Source of the DNA: Hyphomonadaceae bacterium
Lineage (GTDB): Bacteria; Pseudomonadota; Alphaproteobacteria; Caulobacterales; Aquidulcibacteraceae
Reading direction: 5' to 3'
NCBI GenBank assembly: GCA_041398305.1
Contig: JAWKUZ010000002.1
Span: 231,237 to 295,236 of the forward strand
Length of the DNA: 64,000 bases
The position numbers and the translations under genes were made by a program. Below, one piece after another: positions 19,816-29,314 of the stretch. The notes beneath the pieces are model-generated. The model made no database searches. It saw only the letters and a list, made by a program, of their open reading frames with translations, and was not told the DNA's origin. The first letter of the stretch is position 1; each line of letters begins with the position of its first letter.

Positions 19816-22277
19816 TGTCGAAGCTTTCCACGCTAAAGATCGACCTCAAGCAGCTCTTCCATTCTGCCGAGGCGAGCCAATGCCTGGCTTGCGGCGTAGA
19901 GATGGGTCGGCGACTCGAAAGGATCGCTGGCGTCAGTCATGCGAGTCTCGAGCCCGCTACCGGCGGCGGTCGTCGCATTTGCATGCACTACGACGAGGCG
20001 AAGGTCGAAAAGAAGAGCCTGCACGTCTCAGCAGCGCAGGCCGCCTCGCAGGTGATCCGTCACCGCGAACACATTTTACTCGACGTAAGCGACGTCAAAG
20101 CTGAGGCAAAGCGCCTGCGCTCTTGTAATGGCGTTTTGTTGGTCAGCGAAATTGGCCCCAACCGCGTGCTGGTTGATTACGACCCTCGACGTCTCATGGG
20201 TGAAACCCTTGCAGATTCCGTAAAACGTGCGGGCGGATCACCCGCGCAACCGGTCGCCAAGAAGAAGGCGGAGCATAGCCACGACCATCACGGCATATTT
20301 GGTGAGCGCACCGAACTCTATTTTGCGCTCGGATCGGGCGCTGCGCTCTTCGCGGGATGGATCGCCGAACGCGGCGGCATAGAGACACTGCCGCTTCTCT
20401 GCTTCCTACTCGCCTACGCTTTGGGTGGCTACTACACTACCCTCGAAGCCATCGACAACACCCGCCACAAGCGCCTGCGCATCGATAGCTTGATGATCGT
20501 CGCCGCAATTGGAGCGGCAGCGTTGGGCGCACGGGCTGAAGGTGCCCTGCTCCTCTTCTTGTTTAGCCTAGGCCATGCGCTTGAGAACTGGGCGATGGGT
20601 CGAGCCAAACGCGCGATAGAGTCGCTGTCAAAACTCGCACCCGAAACTGCTCTAGTGCGTCGCGGTGAGGGTATCACAGAAATCAAGGTCTCCGAACTCA
20701 AGGCTGGCGACGTAGTGCTTGTCCGCGCAAATGATCGCATCCCTGCTGATGGTTTGGTCATCTCCGGCCAAAGCAGCGTCAATCAAGCGCCGATCACTGG
20801 CGAAAGCGCTCCCGTCGATAAGTCCGCATCCGATCAATATACCGACTTCGGCAAGACACCTGACCAACACCGCGTGTTCGCGGGCACGATCAACGGCGCT
20901 GGCGCACTCGACATTCGCGTAGCCCGTCTCGCCAGCGAAAGCACCCTCGCGCGCATCGTTACCATGGTGGCCGAGGCAGAAGCTCAGCGCTCACCCACGC
21001 AGAAGTTCACCGACAAGTTCGAACGGATCTTCGTTCCGTGCGTACTCGTGCTTGTGGTCACGCTGCTCTTTGCGTGGGTTGTGATCGACGAGCCCTTCTC
21101 CGCCAGCTTCTATCGCGCCATGGCGGTTCTCGTGGCTGCCAGCCCTTGCGCGCTCGCGATCTCGGTCCCCAGCGCTGTTCTCAGTGGGGTGGCTCGCGCC
21201 GCTCGCGGCGGCGTGCTCATTAAGGGCGGTGCGCCGCTCGAAGCGCTGGGTCGCGTGACAGCGATTGCCTTCGACAAGACCGGTACGCTCACCGAGGGAC
21301 GCCCAAGGCTCACCGATGTCTCAACATCGCCAGGGGTCAGCGAGACCGAGCTTCTAAGCGTCGCGGTAGCGATCGAACACGGGAGCGATCATCCTCTCGC
21401 CGCCGCCGTCGTCCGCGATGGGCAAGCCAAGTTGAACGGCGCGCGCGTTCCGCAAGCGGAGGCAATCGAAAGCATCACTGGAAAGGGTATCCAAGGTCGT
21501 ATTGACGGCGCTGTCGTGCAGATCGGCAAGCCTGCCCTCTTCCAAGAGAGCGCGTCACCAACCCCGCCTGATCTTAGTCGCGAAGCCGATCGTCTCGAAC
21601 GCGAAGGTCGCACAGTCATGATTGTGCGGCGCGGTGCACAGTACCTCGGAGCGTTGGGCCTCATGGACAGCGAGCGCCCCGCCGCTCGTGGTGTCCTTCA
21701 ACGACTTCGTGAGCTGGGCATCCAACGGATGATTATGCTGACGGGCGACAATCAGCGCGTCGCGGATGCCATCGCACTGAAGGTCCGACTTACAGAAGCT
21801 CGCGGCGCGCTGATGCCGGAAGACAAGGTCGCGGCGATTAAAGAACTTGCGAGCCATCGCGGTGGCGTCGCGATGGTTGGCGACGGAGTGAATGACGCCC
21901 CTGCACTAGCGAATGCAAGCGTTGGCGTCGCGATGGGCGCTGCCGGCTCAGATGTTGCACTCGAAACAGCTGACATCGCGTTGATGGCAGATGATCTGAA
22001 TCACCTGCCATTCGCGGTCGGACTCAGCCGCCGCACCAGCGATGTCATCAAACAAAATCTGTGGGTCAGCCTCGGCGTGGTGGCGGTGCTGATCCCATCA
22101 ACGATCTTCGGCTTATCGATTGGAGCGGCGATCATTTTCCATGAGGGCTCGACGCTGCTCGTGGTCTTCAACGCCCTGCGACTGCTCGCATACAAAGCGC
22201 CCGATGTTTCGTCACCGCAGAGCAATGCGGAAGTCAACGCTGACGCCCTACTCACGATGCGAGATCACGAAACATGA
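19815..22277 (+). CDS. Heavy-metal P1B-type ATPase (P1B-4/CzcP-like)
   Basis: TGES, SPC, DKTGT, HP, GDGVNDAP, HEGST; His-rich N-terminal linker. Confidence 0.92.
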   Translation: MSKLSTLKIDLKQLFHSAEASQCLACGVEMGRRLERIAGVSHASLEPATGGGRRICMHYDEAKVEKKSLHVSAAQAASQVIRHREHILLDVSDVKAEAKRLRSCNGVLLVSEIGPNRVLVDYDPRRLMGETLADSVKRAGGSPAQPVAKKKAEHSHDHHGIFGERTELYFALGSGAALFAGWIAERGGIETLPLLCFLLAYALGGYYTTLEAIDNTRHKRLRIDSLMIVAAIGAAALGARAEGALLLFLFSLGHALENWAMGRAKRAIESLSKLAPETALVRRGEGITEIKVSELKAGDVVLVRANDRIPADGLVISGQSSVNQAPITGESAPVDKSASDQYTDFGKTPDQHRVFAGTINGAGALDIRVARLASESTLARIVTMVAEAEAQRSPTQKFTDKFERIFVPCVLVLVVTLLFAWVVIDEPFSASFYRAMAVLVAASPCALAISVPSAVLSGVARAARGGVLIKGGAPLEALGRVTAIAFDKTGTLTEGRPRLTDVSTSPGVSETELLSVAVAIEHGSDHPLAAAVVRDGQAKLNGARVPQAEAIESITGKGIQGRIDGAVVQIGKPALFQESASPTPPDLSREADRLEREGRTVMIVRRGAQYLGALGLMDSERPAARGVLQRLRELGIQRMIMLTGDNQRVADAIALKVRLTEARGALMPEDKVAAIKELASHRGGVAMVGDGVNDAPALANASVGVAMGAAGSDVALETADIALMADDLNHLPFAVGLSRRTSDVIKQNLWVSLGVVAVLIPSTIFGLSIGAAIIFHEGSTLLVVFNALRLLAYKAPDVSSPQSNAEVNADALLTMRDHET

Positions 22278-23011
22278 CCGATCCAATTGGCCAGCAGGCG
22301 TCCTATTGGGACGCATGGAACGCTGACAACCGCGAAAAGTCGTTGTCGGACATCTCGCGTGATCAACGCGAAACCGTCATCAAGTGGCTCGACGAAGTCG
22401 GACGCTACAATCTCGACATCCTTGAGGTGGGATGCGGCGCCGGCTGGCTTTGCCCCACGTTGAAATCCTATGGGCGCGTTACCGCAACCGATCTATCGCC
22501 GACAGTTCTTGAACGCGCCGCTAATCGGATCGCTGACGTCCGCTTCATCACCGGCGATTTCATGAACATCGATCTAGCCGAAGAGTCATTCGACGTGATC
22601 GTAACGCTCGAGGTACTGTCTCACGTCGCCGATCAACAGGCATTCGTCGCGAAGATCGCTAAACTCCTCCGACCCGGCGGAACTCTCATTCTTGCCACTC
22701 AGAACAGACCAGTGCTTGAGCAGCACAATACTGTCCCGCCGACTCAACCCGGACACCTACGCCGCTGGTTCGATCGACAGGAACTCACCGAGCTTTTGTC
22801 CCCCCACGTTCGAATACGCGAGATCGCCACCATGACGCCGATAGCCAACAAAGGCGTGATGAGACTGTTCGCTGGTCGTCAAGCGCGACGCGCCATGCGG
22901 CTCATCTCTGGGCGCACGATTGAACGGGCCATGGCTGCCGGTGGATTTGGCTGGACGCTCATGAGTCTAGCTCAAAAGCCCACCGCCCAGCGTGAAGGAA
23001 TAAAAGAATGA
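22274..23011 (+). CDS. Class I SAM-dependent methyltransferase
   Basis: ILEVGCGAG, FDVIVTLEVLSHV, LLRPGG. Confidence 0.85.
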   Translation: MTDPIGQQASYWDAWNADNREKSLSDISRDQRETVIKWLDEVGRYNLDILEVGCGAGWLCPTLKSYGRVTATDLSPTVLERAANRIADVRFITGDFMNIDLAEESFDVIVTLEVLSHVADQQAFVAKIAKLLRPGGTLILATQNRPVLEQHNTVPPTQPGHLRRWFDRQELTELLSPHVRIREIATMTPIANKGVMRLFAGRQARRAMRLISGRTIERAMAAGGFGWTLMSLAQKPTAQREGIKE

Positions 23012-23481
23012 ACACGCCACCTCTCCCCCGTCGCGCGCTGCTAATCGGCGTTGCCACGCTCATCGTTCCGTCTGTCGCAACAAGCCAACAGGTGTTCGAC
23101 GGCCAAACCTTTCGCGACGCTCACTGCGGATGTTGCTTGTCTTGGGTTGAGCATATGCGCGCAAGCGGCCGCATTCGCCTCACGGTGACAGACGCGCCAG
23201 ATATGGCGGCGATTAAACAGCGGCTGGGCGTGCCACCAGAGCTCGCGTCCTGCCATACGACATCTGTCGGCGGCTTCGTCGTCGAAGGCCATACGCCTGT
23301 GGCCGACATCGTCCGCTTGCTTGAAGAGCGCCCGCGCGGCGTACGCGGGCTCGCGGTACCTGGGATGCCGATGGGTTCGCCCGGCATGGATCGAGCCGAC
23401 GGCCGACGCGAAGCTTACAACGTTATGGCGTTCGGGACTGAGGGGGAGCCGCGCGTGTTCACGCGATACGCAGCGATTTGA
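23008..23481 (+). CDS. DUF411 (CopG-like) periplasmic metal protein
   Basis: Tat-like RR, CGCC..W, SCHT, VEGH, GLAVPGMPMGSPGM. Confidence 0.9.
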   Translation: MNTPPLPRRALLIGVATLIVPSVATSQQVFDGQTFRDAHCGCCLSWVEHMRASGRIRLTVTDAPDMAAIKQRLGVPPELASCHTTSVGGFVVEGHTPVADIVRLLEERPRGVRGLAVPGMPMGSPGMDRADGRREAYNVMAFGTEGEPRVFTRYAAI

Positions 23482-23502
23482 TCTAACCACCAAGGAGAAG
23501 AC

Positions 23503-23856
23503 ATGAAACGTTTGATGATGGCGCTTGTGTTCGCGTGGACGCCGATTGCGACTGCGACCGCACAAGACGCACACGGCAACAATGCCGAAGTCGTATCAAT
23601 ACCGGCCGACGATGCCGTACTCGCAACCGCACCGACGAGTTTGTCCCTGACGTTCGATCACACAGTCGTCCTCACCTCAGTGCAAGTGCACGGCCCAGGA
23701 CACACGACCGTCCCGATCAACTTCACCGCCGGCAACGCGGCGACGAGCTACTCCATCCCGCTGCCAGCGCTTGCCGCTGGCGCATATGAAGTTCACTGGA
23801 ACGCGAACGGCGACGGCCACGCGATGGAAGGCACGCTGCATTTCACGGTGCAGTAA
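23503..23856 (+). CDS. copC: CopC-like periplasmic copper-binding protein
   Basis: Signal peptide, S.PA.DAVL..AP..L.LTF, G.Y.V.W...DGH.MEG...FTV. Confidence 0.75.
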   Translation: MKRLMMALVFAWTPIATATAQDAHGNNAEVVSIPADDAVLATAPTSLSLTFDHTVVLTSVQVHGPGHTTVPINFTAGNAATSYSIPLPALAAGAYEVHWNANGDGHAMEGTLHFTVQ

Positions 23857-23863
23857 GCGGAGC

Positions 23864-23889
23864 GCTGCGGCGTGAAGTGACGCCGCAGC
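23864..23889 (+). terminator. Hairpin ending the metal operon
   Basis: 10-bp stem GCTGCGGCGT/ACGCCGCAGC 8 nt after the copC stop; no U-tract. Confidence 0.45.
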
Positions 23890-24401
23890 CTACGTTCTGC
23901 ATATCCTGTTCAAACTAACGCGACGTCGGCAAATGATTGATCGACGCCCCTGCCGCGCTCCGCGCGGCATTAGCCGTACGTGTAATACGCGCTAATTAGT
24001 CGGCGTCGGCGCTCGGTGCGCCGGTGCGCCCGTCACAATGCACCGCGCCCAACGGCCCCACCTCACCCGCTCAAGCGGCAGGCTGGCGCGCCCTTCGCCT
24101 GACGTGATGCCGCCGTCGCAACGAAGGGGCCCTACCCCAAACCCGCCCCGCCGTGGCTGGGTGAGGCCGTGACGGGGCAACTCGGGCACCGAAGGCCGCC
24201 TCGGCCATGAAACCGGCTGTACGGGCAGCCAGGCGCGTTTACGGGTCAATTTGAGGCACAACCCGCCAGTTTGGAGTCCATTATAGGTCACGTTTACTTG
24301 ACACGGTAGCGGCGTGCCACGTGAAACAATCGTGCGATGATAGGGGTCGATGGGCTGTTGACCAAAAATCGACAGCTGCTATTGGGTGGGTAGGTATACC
24401 C

Positions 24402-25612
24402 ATGACGCGATACTCAACAAACAAACTCACCGCCACCGAAGTCAAACGACGGAGCAAACCGGGCCTCTACCCCGACGGCCAAGGGCTCTTTCTGCAGGTC
24501 ACGACGGGCGTCGATGGAGAACCGCGTAAGTCGTGGGTGCTGCGCTATCGAACCCAGAGCGGCCGCAAACGCGAAATGGGGCTTGGCTCTTTAGGCGTCG
24601 TCGATCTTGTGAAAGCACGGTTCAAGCGAGATGCGGCGCTGACGTTGATCAGCGACGGCAAAGACCCCATTGAGCAGCGCAAGATAGAACGTGCTCAGAC
24701 GGCGGCAGCCGAAGCAACCGCCGTCACATTCAAACAAGGCAGAACGCTTCCTCGAAGCGCACCTTGATACGTTCAAAAATCCAAAGCATCGGCAGCAGTG
24801 GGAAAACACGCGATCAACTGCTGCACCGTGTTCGGACACCTGCCCGTGGCCGCGACTGACCGCAACTTGCGCTGCGCGTCATCGAACCGATCTGGAAAAG
24901 CAAAACAGAAACGGCGAGCCGGGTGCGATCACGCATCGAACGCATCTTAGATTGGGCGAAAGCGCGAGGACTCCGCGAAGGCGAGAACCCCGCTCAATGG
25001 CGCGGTGGGCTGAGCCACGTGCTTCCAGCACGCAAGACAACGCAGCGCGTTCAGCACCACCCCGCACTCCCGTATAAAGACATGCCAGCATTCATGTCGA
25101 AGCTTCGCGAACGAGATGGCCTCGGGGCGAAGGCGCTGGAGTTTGCTATTCTCACCGCGTGCCGAACCAACGAGGCGCTGCGGGCCACGTGGCAAGAGAT
25201 CGACCTCGATGCCGCAATCTGGGTCGTGCCTGCGGAACGCATGAAGGCGGGACGCGAACATCGCGTTCCGTTGTCTAAAGCGGCGATCGCGCTGCTGCGC
25301 CCGTTGAGTGTCGGCAAGCCTGATGATTGGTTGTTCCCCGGCTTGAAAGCCGGCAAACCCCTTTCCGACATGACGTTGCTGGCCACGCTCAAGAACATGG
25401 GCCGCGACGATCTCACCGTTCACGGCTTCCGCTCAACTTTTCGCGATTGGGCTGCTGAAAAGACCGATTTCGCGCGCGAGGTTGCGGAGTCTGCATTGGC
25501 ACACACGATCGGGAACAAGGTTGAGGCAGCCTATCGTCGCGGCGATCTGATTGATAAGCGGAAACAACTGATGGAAGGCTGGGCAACATATTGCGCAGGC
25601 GTGACGCTATGA
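24402..25612 (+). pseudogene. P4-type tyrosine integrase with clustered frameshifts at ~24735-24880 (possibly assembly errors)
   Basis: Arm-binding N-terminus (PG.Y.DG.GL.LQV...SW..RY...REMGLG); catalytic R (TACRT), K (RMKAG), HGFRST, LAH, AAYRR intact. Confidence 0.88.
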
Positions 25613-26466
25613 ACGTTCCGGGCGACTACGGGTACTTCAAACGGATGTCACTGCGCGACTACTGGAAGCGCGACTACCAACAGGTAGTAAGGTGGTCTCT
25701 CGCTAGAGCGATACGCAACACGCTCGAGGAACACGGATCTGAACGAGACGCAGCCGAGCGCAGCACTCGCGCGATTTTATCTGCCGCATACTCGTTTGCA
25801 ACGGGATGCAAGTCCTCGGCGGAAGACCCAAAGCTTAAGTCGAAATTGAAAGAAGTGGCGTCCGCCCTAACGCTGGTGGCAAAAATGGACGCACACGTTG
25901 ATCGCTTGATCCGCATGCAACTATTTAGCGATGACGGATTCACTCTGCAGCCTCTGACTTTCAGCGCAATTGATGAGAGGCCGCCATTGATTGAACTCAT
26001 CGCAACTGCAAACATTCCGGCATACACCAGAATGATTGACGGCGCGCAGCGCGTGCACAAGCGAGTCAACGAACTTGCAAACGCCTATCGGCGCAAGCCG
26101 GGGAAAAAAGGTGATACGGCGCGCTACGAGTTCTTCAGTGAAATCATTTGGCAATGGAAAGCCGCAGCACCCGATTGGCCGATAGATTGGGAGGCGGACA
26201 CCGCGGTTGAAGATGCCAAAGCACCGCGCGGCACCCCTCGCCCCGCGCGCGCAACCGCACCACTGTTCAAAATCGCGCAGCTGCTCATTGCGGAGATTTC
26301 TGCGCAAACAGGAGAGACGCCGTCATCGGCAGTGTCCAGCAAAGTGTTCACCAAGGCGCTTCGCGACCTCAAGAATGCGGAGCCCGGACCGTTGTCGCCT
26401 ATCGGCGTAGATCCAAGAAAACAAAACAAAAAATCGAAAAAGCCGACGAAGAAGAGGCGCAAATAG
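25609..26466 (+). CDS. Hypothetical protein coupled to the integrase
   Basis: ATGA overlap with int stop; basic Lys-rich C-terminus. Confidence 0.6.
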   Translation: MNVPGDYGYFKRMSLRDYWKRDYQQVVRWSLARAIRNTLEEHGSERDAAERSTRAILSAAYSFATGCKSSAEDPKLKSKLKEVASALTLVAKMDAHVDRLIRMQLFSDDGFTLQPLTFSAIDERPPLIELIATANIPAYTRMIDGAQRVHKRVNELANAYRRKPGKKGDTARYEFFSEIIWQWKAAAPDWPIDWEADTAVEDAKAPRGTPRPARATAPLFKIAQLLIAEISAQTGETPSSAVSSKVFTKALRDLKNAEPGPLSPIGVDPRKQNKKSKKPTKKRRK

Positions 26467-26565
26467 CGGCCCGGCTGGGGCCTCATTAGGTAGTGTGCCA
26501 GGCCTCACAGACTTCGCCACGCTCCCTCCATCCGCCGCTCTCGCGGCAATTTTGGAGGATGAAAC

Positions 26566-26763
26566 TTGAGTACCGAATCTACCGCGAAGCGATACGTCTC
26601 CATCGCAGAGGCATGCGAGCGCTATGGCCTTGGCCAAACGCGCTTTCGCGAATTGCTTCGCCTCAATCAAATTGAAGCCGTGCGCTTAGGCACGCGCGTT
26701 TTGGTCTCCGTCACCAGCGCCGATGCATACTTTGCGTCATTGCCCAACGTGAACGCGAATTGA
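26566..26763 (+). CDS. Excisionase/HTH_17-like small DNA-binding protein
   Basis: SIAEACERYGLGQT...L....I.AVRLG.RVLV; GGAGG RBS upstream of TTG. Confidence 0.75.
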   Translation: MSTESTAKRYVSIAEACERYGLGQTRFRELLRLNQIEAVRLGTRVLVSVTSADAYFASLPNVNAN

Positions 26764-26770
26764 GGTTGCG

Positions 26771-27961
26771 ATGACACACAGAACGTTCACGTGGCCAGAC
26801 GGCATTCACGCCGGCCTGCCAATCCCGAGCTTCATCAACATCACCGCCGGCATCAACGCGGCCATCGAGGTTTGCTTCAACGAACTGACATCGACACCCA
26901 TCGCCAAGGCAAAATTTCTCGGCAAAGAGTGGCAGGTCATCAGCGACCCCGTCGTTGCAGCGATCCGTGATTACTTTATTGAAGCGTATCGCTTTGATCC
27001 CGGTCGCGGACCACTCAGCGAAGCACTCAAGCACCTCGCCTGGCGCCAGCGATTCAATCCGGTCGCAGAAGAGTTCTTAGCTCTTCGGCACGACGATGAG
27101 GCTCGAATAGACCGCTTCTTCATCGACTACGCTGGCGCCAAGAACAACGCGCTCAACCGGCAGGCTGGACGGTTATTCTGGCTCTCCTTTGTTGGTCGCG
27201 TGCTCTCACCTGGCTGCGACTGTCAAACGGTCATCGTTTTGTACGGAAAGCAGGGAGCTGGAAAGTCCACGGCCCTGCGCATCATCGCCGGAGATCCATC
27301 GCGCTTCACCGATCAGGACGTCATTCAACTGCCGGCTGAACGTCAACAGGAGGCATTGAGGGGACGCCTGATCTTGGAGGCAAGCGAACTAGGTGGATTT
27401 GATCGTCACGCGGTCGAGCGGGTCAAATCATTCATCTCGCGTTCGCACGATCGCGCTCGTCCCGCGTGGGGATCGTCGGTCGTCGATCAGGCTCGGTCTT
27501 TCATTATCGTCGCCACCACGAACGAGATGCAGGTTCTGCGCGACAGCACAGGCAATAGGAGGTTCTTACCGATTGAGATTGATAGGTTTGACTTAGAAGC
27601 GCTCGCGCGCGATCGCGATCAGCTCGTTGCTGAGGCGGTTGACGCGTGGGAGCCTCACGTTCCGTTGACCTTGCCAGAGAGGCTCTGGGAAGAAGCAGCA
27701 GAGCGCCAAAAGCGCTACACGCTTGATGATCCCATCGAAGAACTGCTCGTGGCATTGAAGGGCGACGTAAAGAATGACGAAGAGCGCCTGCCCTTCAGCT
27801 CAATCTGGAACGCCCTGTCGATCGGCACCAGTGGCCGAACGCCTGCCATGAAGCGCCGTATCGTTGAAGCGATGCGCCGCACTGGATGGTCGTACACCGG
27901 CCGACCGTTCAGGATTGGCAAAGAGACTCATCGCGGCTTTCGACGGCCCGCCAGTGAGTAA
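26771..27961 (+). CDS. VapE (virulence-associated E) family P-loop ATPase/helicase
   Basis: PGC.C..VIVL.GKQGAGKST, VKSFISR..D..R..WG, ATTN...L.D.TGNRRF.P, RDQL.AEA. Confidence 0.85.
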   Translation: MTHRTFTWPDGIHAGLPIPSFINITAGINAAIEVCFNELTSTPIAKAKFLGKEWQVISDPVVAAIRDYFIEAYRFDPGRGPLSEALKHLAWRQRFNPVAEEFLALRHDDEARIDRFFIDYAGAKNNALNRQAGRLFWLSFVGRVLSPGCDCQTVIVLYGKQGAGKSTALRIIAGDPSRFTDQDVIQLPAERQQEALRGRLILEASELGGFDRHAVERVKSFISRSHDRARPAWGSSVVDQARSFIIVATTNEMQVLRDSTGNRRFLPIEIDRFDLEALARDRDQLVAEAVDAWEPHVPLTLPERLWEEAAERQKRYTLDDPIEELLVALKGDVKNDEERLPFSSIWNALSIGTSGRTPAMKRRIVEAMRRTGWSYTGRPFRIGKETHRGFRRPASE

Positions 27962-28099
27962 ACGCTGATCGTAAGCTCGCCGAGCGCCCACCATCCAGTG
28001 AGCCTCGGCGAGCCTCCGCGATAGGCGGCGACGGGTTCGGCAACCCATGCGCCCCGCCACGTAACACGTAACATTGAAACAACCACGAGGGAGGAAACT

Positions 28100-29002
28100 A
28101 TGCGTCTTCGGCGCAAGCGCCCGCGCGCCACATCACGCGGTATTGCCAGCGAAGTGACCGCATCCATTCTTGAGGCAATCAAATGCGGATGCACGCCCTG
28201 GGAAATGCCATGGCACAAACAGCAAGGAAGCACCGAATGGCCGCGCAGCCTCACGGGGCGTCGCTACAGCGGCATCAATGTCTTGGCGCTATGGGCTAGC
28301 GCTCGCCGCTTTGGGTTCAGCGATCCGACTTGGGCTACAGGAGAGCGCTGGCGCACAGCCGGAATGCGACTGCTTCCCGCCGAACGCCCTACCACCGCAA
28401 TAATCTATCGCGAGCGAGCGCTCGCCTGGCCGCCTTCTGGTACTCCAATTCGATTTGCGCGCCGACTTGCGCTCTTCAACCGGCACCAAGTGTTCGGTGA
28501 AATGGAACGCGAGCCACGGCGACGCTTCACGACACTCCGATGCGTTGATGAACTCGCTCAAGCAACCCACGCAAACATTGAGATCGGTGGCGACCGGGCG
28601 TGCTACCGACTAGAGACTGATGACATCTTAGTGCCGCATCGCAGTCGCTTCCACGGCGACCTTGATGAAGCCCACTCGGCCTACGCCGCAGTGGTGCTCC
28701 ACGAGCTAGTGCATTGGACCGGCGCAGAGCATCGCTTGAATCGCGACCTGACAGGTCGATTTGGCTCTGCCGCCTATGCGATGGAGGAATTGGTCGCCGA
28801 ACTTGGGAGCGCATTTCTCGCGGCCGAGCTGGGGACTTCTTCTCGCCCACGCGCCGATCACGCAAGATACATCGACGGCTGGCTTTCCGTGTTGAAGCGT
28901 GACCACCGCGCAATTCTGATAGCGGCAAGTCACGCCGAAAGAGCAACGCAGTATTTGCTCGGATTTCATCGCCGACAGTGCGAAGCGCGGAAAACGCAAT
29001 AG
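28100..29002 (+). CDS. ardC: ArdC-family ssDNA-binding antirestriction protein
   Basis: PW..PW, Y.GIN.L.LW, HELVHWTG..RL.R, YA.EELVAELGSAFL, H..YI..WL..L. Confidence 0.9.
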   Translation: MRLRRKRPRATSRGIASEVTASILEAIKCGCTPWEMPWHKQQGSTEWPRSLTGRRYSGINVLALWASARRFGFSDPTWATGERWRTAGMRLLPAERPTTAIIYRERALAWPPSGTPIRFARRLALFNRHQVFGEMEREPRRRFTTLRCVDELAQATHANIEIGGDRACYRLETDDILVPHRSRFHGDLDEAHSAYAAVVLHELVHWTGAEHRLNRDLTGRFGSAAYAMEELVAELGSAFLAAELGTSSRPRADHARYIDGWLSVLKRDHRAILIAASHAERATQYLLGFHRRQCEARKTQ

Positions 29003-29314
29003 GTCAAAGACCTCGATATCGCCGCCAAAACCGGCTCCGCGCACGAATAGAGCCGAAAACAAAAACATTTTCGACGCACCACCGTGAAGGCGTGGCCCTC
29101 GCGCAATTGACGTTAAGACGCCAGCGAACTTCACTAATTTCCAGTGCAGCGCGAAGCACGAGAAGCCGCCTATTTGCGTGCCAATCCGGCAAGTGATGAA
29201 CTTTTCTGCCAATCTTTCGCGTAAATGATGGCGCCAAATAACCCCAGGGGTTAGTCTTTTGTTCGCCGAACCGCAGCATCATCTATGGCGTAGTACAATG
29301 AAGGGAGGCGCGCC

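Noticed and set aside
24735-24880. Integrase inactivation as proof the island is fixed
   Set aside because: Same clustered-deletion signature as lepA and catalytic residues are intact; cannot be decided without reads.
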